A stretch of 64,000 nucleotides of DNA from Frankiaceae bacterium (GTDB lineage Bacteria; Actinomycetota; Actinomycetes; Frankiales; Frankiaceae). This document shows, piece after piece, positions 32,830-44,153 of the stretch (position 1 is its first letter; each line of letters begins with the position of its first letter). Below the pieces are notes generated by a model. The model was not told the origin of the DNA. It was given only the letters and a program-made list of their open reading frames with translations, and searched no databases. The stretch covers positions 891,264 through 955,263 of the forward strand of contig CBDATO010000001.1 in assembly GCA_965199805.1 (NCBI GenBank). The letters are read 5' to 3'. The position numbers were made by a program, and so were the translations under genes.

Positions 32830-33920
32830 GACGCGGCGGCGCCGGTCAGCAGGCGCTGCACGTCGGCGCGGTGCAGCACGTCGAGCACCGGCTCGAGCTC
32901 GCCGTCGAGCACCCGGTCGAGGTTGTACGCCGTGTAGCCGACGCGGTGGTCGGAGATCCGGTTCTCCTTGTAGTTGTACGTACGCACCCGCTCGCTGCGG
33001 TCGACGGTGCGCACCTGTGCCGCCCGGCTCACCCCGGCGGCGGCAGCGGCCTCCTCGCGGGCGGCCGCCAGCAGCCGGGCGCGCAGGATGCGCAGCGCCG
33101 ACTCCTTGTTCTGCAGCTGGCTCTTCTCGTTCTGGCAGGACACGACCGTGCCCGTCGGCAGGTGGGTGATCCGTACCGCGGAGTCGGTCGTGTTGACGCT
33201 CTGCCCGCCCGGCCCGGAGGAGCGGAACACGTCGATACGCAGCTCGTTGGGGTCGATCTTCACGTCGACGTCCTCGGCCTCGGGCAGCACCAGCACGCCG
33301 GCGGCCGAGGTGTGCAGCCGCCCCTGCGACTCGGTGACGGGGACCCGCTGCACGCGGTGGACGCCGGCCTCGTACTTCATCCGGCTGTAGACGCCGTGCG
33401 TGACGTCCTTGGACCGCAGCGCCAGGCTGACGTCCTTGTAGCCGCCGAGATCGCTCTCGGTGGAGTCGAGCACCTCGACGCTCCAGCCGCAGCGCTCCGC
33501 GAAACGCAGATACATGCGCAGCAGGTCGCCGGCGAACAGCGCCGACTCCTCGCCGCCCTCACCGGCCTTGATCTCGACGATGGCGTCCTTGGAGTCGTCG
33601 GGGTCGCGCGGCAGGAGCAGCTCCTGCAGCCGCTCGGCGAGCTGCAGCTCACGGACGGAGAGCTGCTCGGCCTCGGCGGCGAAGCTCGCGTCGTCGCCGG
33701 CGAGCTCCTCGGCGGCCCCCAGGTCGTCACGGGTGGACGCCAACTCGTGCGCCGTCTCGACCACCTGGGACAGCTCGGCGTAGCGCCGGCCGAGCGCACG
33801 CGCCCGGCCCTGATCCGCATGCACCGCTGGGTCGGCGAGCTCGAGCTCGATCTTCGCGTGCTCGGCGAGCATGGCGGCGAGGGCGGGCGATCCCGAACTC
33901 TGGTCAGCGAGCTGACTCAT
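32826..33920 (-). CDS. prfA: peptide chain release factor 1
   Basis: GGQ motif (SGPGGQSVN) and a PVT tripeptide ([10 protein letters not shown]) where RF1 usually has PxT. Confidence 0.96.
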   Translation of the reverse strand: MSQLADQSSGSPALAAMLAEHAKIELELADPAVHADQGRARALGRRYAELSQVVETAHELASTRDDLGAAEELAGDDASFAAEAEQLSVRELQLAERLQELLLPRDPDDSKDAIVEIKAGEGGEESALFAGDLLRMYLRFAERCGWSVEVLDSTESDLGGYKDVSLALRSKDVTHGVYSRMKYEAGVHRVQRVPVTESQGRLHTSAAGVLVLPEAEDVDVKIDPNELRIDVFRSSGPGGQSVNTTDSAVRITHLPTGTVVSCQNEKSQLQNKESALRILRARLLAAAREEAAAAAGVSRAAQVRTVDRSERVRTYNYKENRISDHRVGYTAYNLDRVLDGELEPVLDVLHRADVQRLLTGAAAS

Positions 33921-33965
33921 GCCTCTTCAAACCCCGCCCCGGATAGAGCAACCACGAACAGACCA

Positions 33966-33996
33966 CTGGCGCCGACGACAGGATCGCCGGCGCCAG
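33966..33996 (-). terminator. hairpin downstream of rpmE
   Basis: 9-bp arms ctggcgccg / cggcgccag with a 13-nt loop, 10 nt after the rpmE stop. Followed on the transcript by UGGUCUGUUCGUGGUU. Confidence 0.35.
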
Positions 33997-34005
33997 AGGA
34001 ATGCG

Positions 34006-34239
34006 TTATTTGCCGCCGGCGGTCTGCCCGGCGACGCGCTTGCCGAAGCGGCGCTCGAACTTCTCGACCCGGCCACCGACGTCGAGAATCTTCTGCTTGC
34101 CGGTGTAGAACGGGTGGCACTGCGAGCACACGTCGGCGTGGATGGCACCGCTCGACGACGTGCTCCGCGTGGTGAACGTCGAGCCACAGGAGCAGGTCAC
34201 CGTGGTGTCGCCGTACGCGGGGTGGATGTCAGCCTTCAT
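34006..34239 (-). CDS. rpmE: 50S ribosomal protein L31 (zinc-binding type)
   Basis: 77 aa starting MKADIHP, with CxC...CxxC cysteines. Confidence 0.95.
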   Translation of the reverse strand: MKADIHPAYGDTTVTCSCGSTFTTRSTSSSGAIHADVCSQCHPFYTGKQKILDVGGRVEKFERRFGKRVAGQTAGGK

Positions 34240-34340
34240 GATTTCCTCTCTTGTCGGCCGCCGGGTCCTGACGGGCGCGCCAGGTGAACCGGAACCGTGC
34301 GATCCAGGGTAACGCGACGAGCGAGCGAGCTATGCCCGCG

Positions 34341-36443
34341 CTACTCGCCGGGGGTGGTCTTGGCGATCTGGGTCAGGAACTCGTAGTTGGTACGAGTCTG
34401 CTTGATCCGGTCGAGCAGCAGCTCGATCCCCTGCTGGTGGTCGAGCGCGTGCAGCACCCGGCGCAGCTTGTAGGTGACCGCGAGCTCCTCGGGAGCCAGC
34501 AGCAGCTCCTCCTTGCGGGTGCCGGACGCGTCGACGTCCACCGCCGGGAAGATCCGCTTGTCCGCGATGCGCCGGTCGAGCTTGAGCTCGGCGTTGCCGG
34601 TGCCCTTGAACTCCTCGAAGATCACCGTGTCCATCGTGCTGCCGGTCTCGACGAGCGCGGTGGCCAGGATGGTGAGCGAGCCGCCGTTCTCGATGTTGCG
34701 GGCGGCACCGAGGAAGCGCTTCGGCGGGTACAGCGCCGTGGAGTCGACGCCGCCGGACAGGATGCGTCCGGAGGTCGGCGCCGCCAGGTTGTACGCGCGT
34801 CCGAGCCGGGTGATCGAGTCGAGCAGCACGACGACGTCGTGGCCCATCTCGACCAGCCGCTTCGCCCGCTCGATGGCGAGCTCGGCGACGCTGGTGTGGT
34901 CCGTCGGCGGACGGTCGAAGGTGCTGGCGATAACCTCGCCCTTCACCGACCGCTGCATGTCGGTGACCTCCTCCGGCCGCTCGTCGACGAGGACGACCAT
35001 GAGGTGGCATTCCGGGTTGTTGGTGGTGATCGCGTTGGCGATGGCCTGCAGCACCATCGTCTTGCCGGCCTTGGGCGGGCTGACGATCAGCGCGCGCTGC
35101 CCCTTGCCCAGCGGCATGACCAGGTCGATGACGCGGGTGGTGAGCACATTGGGCTCGGTCTCCAGCCGCAGGCGCTCGTTGGGGTAGAGCGGCGTGAGGG
35201 TGGTGAACTCCGGACGCTTGCGCGCCTCGTCGGGCTCCAGGCCGTTGATGGAGTCGAGCCGGACCAGCGCGTTGTACTTGTCCTTCTTCTCCCCCTCCTG
35301 CGGCTGCCGGACGGCGCCCGTCACGGCGTCACCGCGGCGCAGGCCGTAGCGGCGGACCTGCGCGAGGCTGACGTACACGTCGTTGGGGCCGGTCAGGTAG
35401 CCGGAGGTCCGGACGAACGCGTAGCTGTCGAGGATGTCGAGGATGCCCGCGATGGGCACGAGGACGTCGTCGTCGCGGAGCACCGGCTCGCTGTCGTTGA
35501 AGCCACCGGGGCCCGACACCGGACGGCCGTTGCGCCCACGGCGCTCGCGGAAGCGTCCGCGCCGACGGCTGTTGCCGAACTCGTCGAAGTCGCCGGCGCC
35601 CTGGTCACGGGGACTCTGGTCGCGCGGACCCTGGTCACGCGGACCCTGGTCACGGTCGCGCTGCGGCTGGTCGCCGCGCGGCTCGGACTGCTGGCGCGGC
35701 TCGCGCTGCTGACGCTCACGCGGCTGACGCTCGCGCTGCTGGCCGCCCTGACGCTCCGGACGGTCGGTGCGCTCCGGCCGCTCGGTGCGCTCCGGCCGTT
35801 CGGTGCGCTCCGGCCGGGTGACGGTCGCCGTACTGCCGGCGCCGTCGGACTCCGCCGCGGCGGCCACCGGGGTGACCTCGGCGGTGGGGCCGGACTCGGC
35901 GGCCACACCCTGCTCGGGGCTGCCGGTGGCCCGGCTGCTGCTGCGCCGCCGGCGACGTGAGCCGTCGGACGCTGCTGCATCGGGCTGCACGGTCTCGGGC
36001 TGCACGGTCTGGGGCTGTGCAGCCACGGGGGCGGCTGCGGGCTCCTGGACGGGCTTCTCACGGGACGCGGCAGCGCGACCACGGGTGCCCCGGGGGGCGG
36101 AGGCACCGGTGGTGCCGTTCTCGGGGGCGAAGACCTCGAGGGTGGAGGTCTCGATGGCGGGGGTGTCGACGGCGGGGGTGCTGACGGTGGGGGGCGCGGT
36201 GACGGACGGGGACTCCGGTGCCGGAGTCGGCGCCGTGGAACCGGCGCCCTGGGCGACCTGGATGGCGGCGATGAGCTCGCCCTTGCGCATCCGTGTGGTG
36301 CCCGGGATCTTCAGGGATCCCGCGAGTGCCTGCAGCTCCGGAAGCAGCATCCCGGCCAGCCCGGTCGCACGGCGGCGACGGGTGGTGCCGCCGGCGGCGG
36401 CGTCGGGAGCAGAACCGGCAAGCAGCTCGGTGGATTCGCTCAA
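34341..36443 (-). CDS. rho: transcription termination factor Rho with a large N-terminal insertion
   Basis: 700 aa. Rho-N (LPELQALAGSLKIPG), Walker A (SPPKAGKT), and a roughly 250-aa Arg/Asp/Glu/Pro/Gln-rich insertion. Confidence 0.96.
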   Translation of the reverse strand: MSESTELLAGSAPDAAAGGTTRRRRATGLAGMLLPELQALAGSLKIPGTTRMRKGELIAAIQVAQGAGSTAPTPAPESPSVTAPPTVSTPAVDTPAIETSTLEVFAPENGTTGASAPRGTRGRAAASREKPVQEPAAAPVAAQPQTVQPETVQPDAAASDGSRRRRRSSSRATGSPEQGVAAESGPTAEVTPVAAAAESDGAGSTATVTRPERTERPERTERPERTDRPERQGGQQRERQPRERQQREPRQQSEPRGDQPQRDRDQGPRDQGPRDQSPRDQGAGDFDEFGNSRRRGRFRERRGRNGRPVSGPGGFNDSEPVLRDDDVLVPIAGILDILDSYAFVRTSGYLTGPNDVYVSLAQVRRYGLRRGDAVTGAVRQPQEGEKKDKYNALVRLDSINGLEPDEARKRPEFTTLTPLYPNERLRLETEPNVLTTRVIDLVMPLGKGQRALIVSPPKAGKTMVLQAIANAITTNNPECHLMVVLVDERPEEVTDMQRSVKGEVIASTFDRPPTDHTSVAELAIERAKRLVEMGHDVVVLLDSITRLGRAYNLAAPTSGRILSGGVDSTALYPPKRFLGAARNIENGGSLTILATALVETGSTMDTVIFEEFKGTGNAELKLDRRIADKRIFPAVDVDASGTRKEELLLAPEELAVTYKLRRVLHALDHQQGIELLLDRIKQTRTNYEFLTQIAKTTPGE
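35599..35658 (-). repeat. 4 x 15-bp tandem repeat inside rho (encodes the RDQGP pentapeptide repeat)
   Basis: Plus-strand units ccctggtcacgggga, ctctggtcgcgcgga, ccctggtcacgcgga, ccctggtcacggtcg. Confidence 0.85.
35753..35816 (-). repeat. 3.5 x 18-bp tandem repeat inside rho (encodes the RPERTE hexapeptide repeat)
   Basis: Plus-strand units gctccggacggtcggtgc, gctccggccgctcggtgc, gctccggccgttcggtgc, gctccggccg. Confidence 0.85.
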
Positions 36444-36744
36444 GGTGACTACCTCTCAGACCGGCGGACGCCGATCGCTGTGTGGAGCAGGTGGAGAGTG
36501 GGGGTACGCACGGGAGCTCGAACGCGACGAGTGGGTGGTCGGCGTGAGGCAGCGTGCATCCGAAGACAACCGCGCCAGACGACGCCTCGACCTGGGGAAC
36601 TCCCTGGCGTAGATCGGAAGAATCCCGCTCCGGGTGAATCAGGCTGGGAAAAGCGCTCTCGGTCTTGAGGGAACCGACCGGTCGCTGATCGTGACGAGCA
36701 TACCGCGAGGAATGACCTTTAGCGCAACAAGCAGCGCCGTTGGG
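36444..36744 (-). promoter_or_regulatory. long untranslated region between thrB and rho (probable rho promoter and leader)
   Basis: 301 nt with no credible ORF and visibly lower GC than the flanks. The function is inferred only from its position. Confidence 0.3.
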
Positions 36745-37647
36745 CTATTTCCGCGGTCCGGATGGCGCAATACAGGTCGTACCGGACAGGTCGACAGCCA
36801 GTTCACGTCCGGGATACCGGGCGGTCGCCAGCGCCGTGGCGCGCTGCCGCTCGGCGGCGCTTCGGCACAGCGCCAGCACGGTGGGTCCGGAGCCGGAGAG
36901 CACGGCGGGCACCCCGGCGGCGCGCAGTGCCGTGACCAGCGCGGCTCCGTCCGGGATGCCGGGAAGGCGGTACGGCTGGTGCAGCAGGTCGTCGGTGGCG
37001 GCCAGCAGCGCGTCGGGCTCCGCGGTGAGCGCGGCCACGAGCAGGGCCGCGCGGCCGGCGTTGTACGCGGCCTCGGCGTGGGCGACGGTGGCCGGCAGGG
37101 TGCCCCGTGACGCCGCGGTCGACGTGCGTACCTGCGGGATGAAGACCATCGGCAGCACCCGGGCGTCGGGCACGAGCCGTAGGGCCTGCGGGCGGCGGTC
37201 GTCGACCCAGGCCACCGTGAGCCCGCCGTGCAGAGCCGCGGCGATGTTGTCGGGGTGCGGTTCGAGCTGGTACGCGAGCTGCAGCGCCAGCACCCGGTCG
37301 TGCACGCCGCGCAGAGCCAGCGCGGCCGTGACCCCGGCGCAGATGGCCGCGGCGCTCGACCCCAGCCCGCGGGCGTGCGGGATGGCGGCCGTGTACCCGA
37401 CCTCGAGCCCTCCCGGCTGCGGCCCCACCGCGGCGAAGCCCACGCGGGCGGCGCGCACCACGAGGTTCGTCTCGTCGGTGGGCACGTCGCCGTACGCCCG
37501 GACCCGCAGCCCCGGCTGGTCCGTGAGCCGCAGCGTCAGCTCGTCGTACAGCGTCAGGGCGAGCCCGAGCGCGTCGAAACCGGGCCCGAGATTCGCACTC
37601 GTGGCCGGCACCCGCACGGTCACCTGTTCGACAGCAGTGGATCCCAC
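36745..37647 (-). CDS. thrB: homoserine kinase
   Basis: GHMP kinase motif (PHARGLGSSAAAI). Follows thrC. Confidence 0.92.
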   Translation of the reverse strand: MGSTAVEQVTVRVPATSANLGPGFDALGLALTLYDELTLRLTDQPGLRVRAYGDVPTDETNLVVRAARVGFAAVGPQPGGLEVGYTAAIPHARGLGSSAAAICAGVTAALALRGVHDRVLALQLAYQLEPHPDNIAAALHGGLTVAWVDDRRPQALRLVPDARVLPMVFIPQVRTSTAASRGTLPATVAHAEAAYNAGRAALLVAALTAEPDALLAATDDLLHQPYRLPGIPDGAALVTALRAAGVPAVLSGSGPTVLALCRSAAERQRATALATARYPGRELAVDLSGTTCIAPSGPRK

Positions 37648-37650
37648 CGG

Positions 37651-38781
37651 CTAGACGAGATCCAGCCTGGCGGCGACGATCTGCGCGTCGGGCGGCACCT
37701 GGGTGGGCTTTGCCGCCCCGCTGATCGCCCAGTCCGGGTCCTTCAACCCGTTACCGGTGACCGTGCAGACGACGCGCTCCCCCGGGGAGACCAGGCCGTC
37801 ACGGTGGGCGTTGAGCAGGCCCGCGACGCTTGCCGCCGACGAGGGCTCGACGAAGACGCCCTCGCGGGTGGCGAGCAGCCGGTAGGCGGCCAGGATCTCG
37901 CGGTCGCTGACGGCCTGGATGGCGCCACCGGACTCGTCGCGGGCGGCGATTGCCTCCGTCCAGGAGGCGGGATTGCCGATCCGGATCGCGGTCGCGATGG
38001 TGGACGGCGACTTCACCCTCTCGCCGCGCACGATCGGTGCAGCACCCATCGCCTGGAAGCCGAGCATCCGGGGCCGCTTCGAGCCCTGGCCGGGCTCGGC
38101 CGCGAGCTCGGTGTAGCCCTTCCAGTACGCGGTGATGTTGCCGGCGTTGCCGACCGGCAGGCAGTGCACGTCGGGCGGGCCGCCGAGGGCGTCGCACACC
38201 TCGAAGGAGGCGGTCTTCTGCCCCTGGATGCGGTGCGGGTTGACGCTGTTGACCAGCGTCACCGGGTAGTTCTCCGACAGGTCGCGGGCGAGCGTGAGGC
38301 AGTCGTCGAAGTTGCCGATGACCTCGAGGAGCTTGGCCCCGTGCACGAGCGCCTGGGCCAGCTTGCCGAGCGCGATCTTGCCGGTGGGGACGAGGACGGC
38401 GCAGGTGAGCCCGGCGCGGGCGGCGTACGCCGCAGCGGAGGCCGACGTGTTGCCGGTGCTGGCGCAGATGACGGCCTGGCTGCCGTCCTCGACGGCCTTG
38501 CTGATCGCCATGGTCATGCCGCGGTCCTTGAAGGACCCGGTGGGGTTCGCGCCCTCGACCTTCAGGTAGACGTCGCAGCCGGTGCGCTCGGAGAGGTGCT
38601 GCGCCGGCACGAGCGGGGTGCCACCCTCACGCAGCGTGATGACCGGGGTGCTCGCGCTGACCGGCAGCCGGTCGCGGTACTCCTCGATGACCCCCCGCCA
38701 GGCGCGCGAGGGGGTGAGCCGGCCGGCGGTCGGGCCCGAGGGATCCACGGCAGCTCCAGAAGTGACAGCGGTCGCGCTCAT
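37651..38781 (-). CDS. thrC: threonine synthase
   Basis: PLP-Lys motif ([11 protein letters not shown]). Confidence 0.94.
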   Translation of the reverse strand: MSATAVTSGAAVDPSGPTAGRLTPSRAWRGVIEEYRDRLPVSASTPVITLREGGTPLVPAQHLSERTGCDVYLKVEGANPTGSFKDRGMTMAISKAVEDGSQAVICASTGNTSASAAAYAARAGLTCAVLVPTGKIALGKLAQALVHGAKLLEVIGNFDDCLTLARDLSENYPVTLVNSVNPHRIQGQKTASFEVCDALGGPPDVHCLPVGNAGNITAYWKGYTELAAEPGQGSKRPRMLGFQAMGAAPIVRGERVKSPSTIATAIRIGNPASWTEAIAARDESGGAIQAVSDREILAAYRLLATREGVFVEPSSAASVAGLLNAHRDGLVSPGERVVCTVTGNGLKDPDWAISGAAKPTQVPPDAQIVAARLDLV

Positions 38782-40106
38782 GTCTCGCCTTCCACTCTCA
38801 TCACGCTCGTCACGGCACGGACGACATCGAGGCCGCGCAGCTCGTCGACGGTGGCGGCGAGCGCCGCATCCGTGGCTGCGTGCGAGACCAGGACGAGCGA
38901 CGCGTCGTCGCCGCGGCCCTCCTGGCGCACGCTCTGGATGCTGACGTCGTGGGAGGAGTATGCCTGGGCGACGGCGGCGAGCACACCTGCTTTGTCGGCA
39001 ACGTCGAGGGACACGTGATACCGCGTGACGGTGCGTCCCATCTCGAGCGCCGGCAGGTTCGCGTACGCGGACTCACGCGGGCCACGCACCCCGGAGAGCC
39101 GGTGCCGGGCCACGGTGACCAGGTCACCGAGCACGGCGGAGGCGGTCGGCAGCCCGCCGGCACCACGGCCGTAGAACATCATCGAGCCCGCGGCCTCGGC
39201 CTCGACGAAGACGGCGTTGTAGGCCTCGCGCACGCCGGCCAGCGGGTGGTTCAGCGGGATCATCGCCGGGTGCACCCGCACGCTGATGCCGGTCTCGGTC
39301 TCGGCGCGCTCGGCGATGGCCAGCAGCTTCACGGTGGCGCCCATGGCCCGCGCGCTCGCCATGTCGCCGGTGGTGACCGACCCGATGCCCTCGCGGTACA
39401 CGTCGGCCGCACTCACCCGGGTGTGGAAGGCGAGCGAGGCGAGGATCGCCGCCTTGGCGGCCGCGTCGAAGCCGTCGACGTCGGCGGTAGGGTCGGCCTC
39501 CGCGTAACCCAGGGCGGTGGCCTCCTCGAGCGCCTCGGAGAAGCTCGCGCCGGTCTCGTCCATCCGGGTCAGGATGTAGTTGGTCGTGCCGTTGACGATG
39601 CCGAGCACCCGGTGGATCCGGTCGCCGGCGAGGCTCTCGCGCAGCGGGCGCAGCAGCGGGATGGCGCCCGCGACGCTCGCCTCGTAGTAGAGGTCGGTGT
39701 CGTTGGCGGCAGCGGCCGCGTACAGGGTCGCGCCGTCCTCGGCGAGCAGCGCCTTGTTGGCGGTGACGACGCCCTTGCCGGCGGCCAGGGCGCTCAGCAT
39801 CCAGCTGCGGGCCGGCTCGATGCCGCCGACGACCTCGACGACGATGTCGATGTCCTCGCGCACCGCCAGCGCCGCCGCGTCGGACGTGAGCAGCGCGGGG
39901 TCGAGCGGCAGGTCGCGGGCGCGCTTGGGCCGCCGGACGGCGACGCCCGCGATCTCCAGCGGCGCACCGACCCGCGCGGCGAGCTCGGTGGCGTGCCGGT
40001 CGAGCTGACGCACCACCTCGCTGCCCACCACGCCGCAGCCGAGCAGCGCGATGCGGATCGGCCCCCCCGGCTTTCGGCTTGCCGTTGCTTGCGGTGTTGC
40101 ACTCAT
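38778..40106 (-). CDS. hom: homoserine dehydrogenase
   Basis: NAD motif ([11 protein letters not shown]) and a C-terminal ACT domain. ATGA overlaps on both sides. Confidence 0.94.
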   Translation of the reverse strand: MSATPQATASRKPGGPIRIALLGCGVVGSEVVRQLDRHATELAARVGAPLEIAGVAVRRPKRARDLPLDPALLTSDAAALAVREDIDIVVEVVGGIEPARSWMLSALAAGKGVVTANKALLAEDGATLYAAAAANDTDLYYEASVAGAIPLLRPLRESLAGDRIHRVLGIVNGTTNYILTRMDETGASFSEALEEATALGYAEADPTADVDGFDAAAKAAILASLAFHTRVSAADVYREGIGSVTTGDMASARAMGATVKLLAIAERAETETGISVRVHPAMIPLNHPLAGVREAYNAVFVEAEAAGSMMFYGRGAGGLPTASAVLGDLVTVARHRLSGVRGPRESAYANLPALEMGRTVTRYHVSLDVADKAGVLAAVAQAYSSHDVSIQSVRQEGRGDDASLVLVSHAATDAALAATVDELRGLDVVRAVTSVMRVEGET

Positions 40107-41437
40107 CCGACGTCCAGCGCCAGCAGATCGGCCTCGGTCTCGCGGCGCACGATGACCTGGGGCAGCCCGTCGCGTACGGCGACCACCGGGGGCCGCGGTA
40201 CGTGGTTGTAATTGCTTGCCATGGACCGGTGGTAGGCACCGCTGGAGGCGAGCGCCAGCAGATCACCCGGGTGCAGGTCGCCTGGCACCGACACGTCGGG
40301 GGCGACGAGGTCGCCGCTCTCGCAGTGCTTGCCGACCACGGTGACCGTGCCGGCGGGGGCGGCGCTCGTGCGGCTGGCAAGCGCGACCGTGTAACGCGCC
40401 CCGTACAGGGCGGGGCGGATGTTGTCGCTCATACCGCCGTCGACGCTGACGTACGTGCGCAGCCCGGGGAGCTCCTTGACGGTGCCGACCTCGTACAGCG
40501 TGACCGTGCCCGGACCGGCGATGGCCCGGCCCGGCTCGACGGCGAGGTGCGGCACGGCGAGCCCGGCCTGCGCGCACGCCTTGGCCACCAGCGCCTTCAT
40601 CCGCTCGGCCATCTCGGCGATGTCGAGCGGCGCGTCTTCGCTGGTGTACGCGATGCCGAAGCCGCCACCAAGGTCGAGCTCGGGCAGCTCGACGCCGTGG
40701 GTGTCACGCACCTGTGCCAGCAACCCGACAAGACGCTCCGCGGCGAGCCGGAAGCCGGCCGTGTCGAAGATCTGCGAGCCGATGTGGGCGTGCAGGCCGA
40801 CGAGCTCCAGCGACGGGCTGGCCAGCACGTGGGCGATGGCCGCCTCGGCCGCACCGGACGCCAGCGAGAAGCCAAACTTCTGGTCCTCCTGGCCGGTCTG
40901 CACGTATTCGTGGGTGTGCGCCTCGACCCCGGGCGTGACCCGGATGTAGACGCGCTGACGTACCCGCTCCTGCAGCGCGATCAGGCCGAGCCGCTCGATC
41001 TCCTCGGGCGAGTCGACGGCGACCCGGCCGACCCCGTACGCGATGGCGCGGCGCAGCTCGGGCACCGACTTGTTGTTGCCGTGGAACGTGATGTGCGCGC
41101 CCGGGAAGCCGACGGCCTCGGCGACGGCCAGCTCGCCTCCGGTGCAGACGTCGAGCGACAGGCCCTCCTCGTGCACCCAGCGCGCGACCGCCTTGCACAG
41201 GAACGCCTTGCCGGCGTAATTCACGGTGGTGTCGGCGCCGAAGGCGGCCCGGAAGTCGGCGCAGCGGCCACGGAAGTCGGCCTCGTCGAGCACCAGCAGC
41301 GGGGTGCCGAACTCGGCGGCCAGCGCATCCGCCCGCATGCCCCCGATGCTGAGCACGCCGTCGTCGGCGCGGGTCGCCGTACGCGGCCAGACGGCAGGGT
41401 CGAGGACGCCGGGATCGGTGGTCATGCCCGCACTCAC
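40103..41437 (-). CDS. lysA: diaminopimelate decarboxylase
   Basis: Fold-III PLP decarboxylase ([23 protein letters not shown]). Confidence 0.94.
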   Translation of the reverse strand: MSAGMTTDPGVLDPAVWPRTATRADDGVLSIGGMRADALAAEFGTPLLVLDEADFRGRCADFRAAFGADTTVNYAGKAFLCKAVARWVHEEGLSLDVCTGGELAVAEAVGFPGAHITFHGNNKSVPELRRAIAYGVGRVAVDSPEEIERLGLIALQERVRQRVYIRVTPGVEAHTHEYVQTGQEDQKFGFSLASGAAEAAIAHVLASPSLELVGLHAHIGSQIFDTAGFRLAAERLVGLLAQVRDTHGVELPELDLGGGFGIAYTSEDAPLDIAEMAERMKALVAKACAQAGLAVPHLAVEPGRAIAGPGTVTLYEVGTVKELPGLRTYVSVDGGMSDNIRPALYGARYTVALASRTSAAPAGTVTVVGKHCESGDLVAPDVSVPGDLHPGDLLALASSGAYHRSMASNYNHVPRPPVVAVRDGLPQVIVRRETEADLLALDVG

Positions 41438-43083
41438 ATCCGCTCCGGGGCGCTGACACCCAGCAGGCCGAGGCCGTTACGGGTGACGACGCGGGTGGCC
41501 TCGACCAGGAGCAGCCGCGCATACGTGAGCGGCGTGGCCTCCTCGTCGCCCATCGGCAGCACCCGGCACGCGTCGTAGAAGCGGTGGTAGGTGCCGGAAA
41601 GCTCCTCGAGGTAGCGCGCGACGCGGTGCGGCGCCAGGAACGAGGCGGCGCCGGCGACGACCCGCGGGAACTCCGCCAGCGCCCGGGCGAGGTCGCCCTC
41701 CCGCTCGTGGGTCAGGAGCGTGACGTCGGCGTCGGGGTCGAGCGTGAGGCCGAGCTCGGCGGCATTGCGCAGCAGGCTCGACTGCCGGGCGTGGGCGTAC
41801 TGCACGTAGAAGACCGGGTTGGCGTTGGTGTGCGACGAGAGCACGTCGACGTCGAGGTCCACGGCGGAGTCGGTCGACGCCCGCGCCAGGGAGTAGCGCG
41901 CGGCGTCGACACCGACCAGCTCGACGAGGTCGTCCAGGGTGATGAAGGTGCCCGCACGCTTGCTCATCCGCACCGGCTGCCCGCCGCGGAGCACGTTGAC
42001 CAGCTGGCCGATCAGGATCTGCAGGGTCTGCGCCGGGTCGTCGCCGAAGCAGGCGGCCATCGCACGCAGCCGGCCGACGTAGCCGTGGTGGTCGGCGCCG
42101 AGCAGGTAGATGCAGCGCTCGTAGCCCCGCTCGCGCTTGTCGAGGTAGTACGCGGCGTCGGAGGTGAAGTAGGAGGTGTCGCCGTCGGACTTGACGAGCA
42201 CCCGGTCCTTGTCGTCACCGAAGTCGGTGGTGCGCAGCCAGAGCGCGCCCTCGGACTCGTACGTGTGACCCTCGGCCCTGAGCCGCTCCAGGGCGCGCTC
42301 GACGGCACCGGAGGCGGTCAGCGACTTCTCCGAGAACCAGACGTCGAAGGTGACACCGAAGCCCTCGAGGTCGGTCCGGATCGTGTCGATCATCTGCGCG
42401 ACACCGGCGCTGGCGAAGGTCTCGATGACCTCCTCGTACGGCCGGTTGGGCAGGTCGGGGTGCGACCACAGCACGCGCGCCGCGACCTCGGCGATGTACG
42501 CGCCGGCGTAGCCGTCCTCGGGCACCGGCTCACCCTTGGCGGTAGCGAGCTGGGAGGCCGCGAACCGGGTGATCTGCGCGCCGGCGTCGTTGACGTAGTA
42601 CTCGCGGGTGACCTCGGCGCCGCTCGCCTCGAGCAGTCGGGCCATCGCGTCACCGACGGCCGCCCAGCGGGTGCCGCCGACGTGGATCGGGCCGGTCGGG
42701 TTTGCACTGACGAACTCGAGGTTGATGCGCTGCTTGGCGGCCGCGTCGTTGTGCCCGTAGCGCTCGCCGGCCGCGACGATCGTGCGCGCGATGCCGCCCA
42801 GGCTGGCGAAGCTGATGTTCAGGAAGCCGGGCCCGGCGACGTCGACGGCCGAGATGCCCTCGACCTGGCGCAGCCGCGTGGCGATCAGCTCGGCGATCTC
42901 GCGCGGCGGCCGCTTGGCCGCCTTGGCCAGCACCAGGGCGACGTTGCTCGCGTAGTCACCGTGCTCTTTGCTGCGTGGCCGCTCGACGTGCACCGACTCC
43001 GGCAGCGGCGCGTCGAACTCGCCTGCCGCCACCGCATCGGCCACGACGGCGCGCAGCACCTCCGAGAGCTCCGCCGGTGTCAT
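41434..43083 (-). CDS. argS: arginine--tRNA ligase
   Basis: 549 aa, class I. HIGH-like [12 protein letters not shown] and a C-terminal anticodon-binding domain. Confidence 0.95.
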   Translation of the reverse strand: MTPAELSEVLRAVVADAVAAGEFDAPLPESVHVERPRSKEHGDYASNVALVLAKAAKRPPREIAELIATRLRQVEGISAVDVAGPGFLNISFASLGGIARTIVAAGERYGHNDAAAKQRINLEFVSANPTGPIHVGGTRWAAVGDAMARLLEASGAEVTREYYVNDAGAQITRFAASQLATAKGEPVPEDGYAGAYIAEVAARVLWSHPDLPNRPYEEVIETFASAGVAQMIDTIRTDLEGFGVTFDVWFSEKSLTASGAVERALERLRAEGHTYESEGALWLRTTDFGDDKDRVLVKSDGDTSYFTSDAAYYLDKRERGYERCIYLLGADHHGYVGRLRAMAACFGDDPAQTLQILIGQLVNVLRGGQPVRMSKRAGTFITLDDLVELVGVDAARYSLARASTDSAVDLDVDVLSSHTNANPVFYVQYAHARQSSLLRNAAELGLTLDPDADVTLLTHEREGDLARALAEFPRVVAGAASFLAPHRVARYLEELSGTYHRFYDACRVLPMGDEEATPLTYARLLLVEATRVVTRNGLGLLGVSAPERM

Positions 43084-43119
43084 GACGTTCAGGGTATCGG
43101 CGCAGGCGAACGGGTCCGG

Positions 43120-43746
43120 TCAGCTGCCGGACTGGTCCGCCGGTGACGGTGGCTGCGCCTGACCCGACGGCGGGCCCTGGGCGAGCAGCTGCTCCGCCTG
43201 CTGCGGGGTCGCCCCGGCACAAGCGGCGCCCGGCTCGCCGCCCTGACCGCCACCCGCGTACTCCTGAACGAACTGCTTCAGCCGCGGGTCGGACGCCGAA
43301 TCGACCTTGAGCTGCAGGCCCCAGGCGGTGGCGATGACCTTTGCCGGCTGACCCGGGTACGGCGACACCAGGACGTAGCTCGGGTCGATCTCGGCGAGCG
43401 TGGCCAGCGGCGCCGGGTCGATGCCGTCGGCGTACGTGAGCCAGACCGCTCCGTGCTCGAGCGAGTGCACCGCGTTCTCGTTCGGGACGGGTGCGGTGTA
43501 GACGGCGCAATTCAGCGGCACCGGGCTGTGGTCGCCGCCGAGCGGCGGGGTGCGGCTGTAGGTCAGCTTCACGCCCTGGAAGTGGTCGTGCGGCAGGCCG
43601 GTGACCGCCACGACCCCGGTGATGTCGCTGCTGCCGCCACTCGCCGTGGCGCTCGGGGCAGGCGCCGGCGAGGACGAACTGCTGCACCCGGCGACCAGAC
43701 CGGAGGCCAGCACCGCCGCGACGGACAACGTGACGACGCGTCTCAC
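43120..43746 (-). CDS. DUF3105-family lipoprotein
   Basis: Lipobox LVAGC after a signal peptide. Conserved HSLEHGAVWLTY motif typical of DUF3105. Confidence 0.7.
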   Translation of the reverse strand: MRRVVTLSVAAVLASGLVAGCSSSSSPAPAPSATASGGSSDITGVVAVTGLPHDHFQGVKLTYSRTPPLGGDHSPVPLNCAVYTAPVPNENAVHSLEHGAVWLTYADGIDPAPLATLAEIDPSYVLVSPYPGQPAKVIATAWGLQLKVDSASDPRLKQFVQEYAGGGQGGEPGAACAGATPQQAEQLLAQGPPSGQAQPPSPADQSGS

Positions 43747-44153
43747 ACCGGCTCCGCGAGCCGGCGCACGATGTCGACCAGGTCATCCGGGTCGAAGGGC
43801 TTGGTCAGGTAGGCGTCGACCCCGAGCCGGGTGCCGCGGCGGACGTCGGCCTCCTGGGCCCGGGCCGAGAGCAGGACGACCTTGACGTGGGCCGTCTGCG
43901 GATCGCTGCGCAGTCGCGCGGCGGCGTCCCAGCCGTCGAGGTTCGGCATCATCACGTCGAGGGTGATCACCGCCGGATCGACCTCGACGACCTTGCGCAG
44001 GGCGTCGGCCCCGTCGCTCGCCTCGTGCACCTCGAAGCCCTCGAGCTCGAGGTTCAGGGTGATCAGCTGGCGGATCACGTCGTCGTCGTCCACGACGAGG
44101 ACGCGGATGGGCTCATCGCCGTCCGGCACCGGGAGGTCAGCTGTCGAGTTCAA
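43743..44153 (-). CDS. single-domain response regulator (CheY-like receiver only)
   Basis: 136 aa. Acidic pocket VDDDD, phospho-acceptor LDVMMP, and conserved Lys (LTKPF). No output domain. Confidence 0.85.
   Translation of the reverse strand: MNSTADLPVPDGDEPIRVLVVDDDDVIRQLITLNLELEGFEVHEASDGADALRKVVEVDPAVITLDVMMPNLDGWDAAARLRSDPQTAHVKVVLLSARAQEADVRRGTRLGVDAYLTKPFDPDDLVDIVRRLAEPV

Noticed and set aside
35599-35816. CRISPR-like array
   Set aside because: The repeats are 15 and 18 bp, directly tandem without spacers, in frame inside rho, and encode peptide repeats. No cas genes are present in the window.
34284-35960. 558-aa plus-strand ORF
   Set aside because: It is antisense to rho. It is a shadow ORF.
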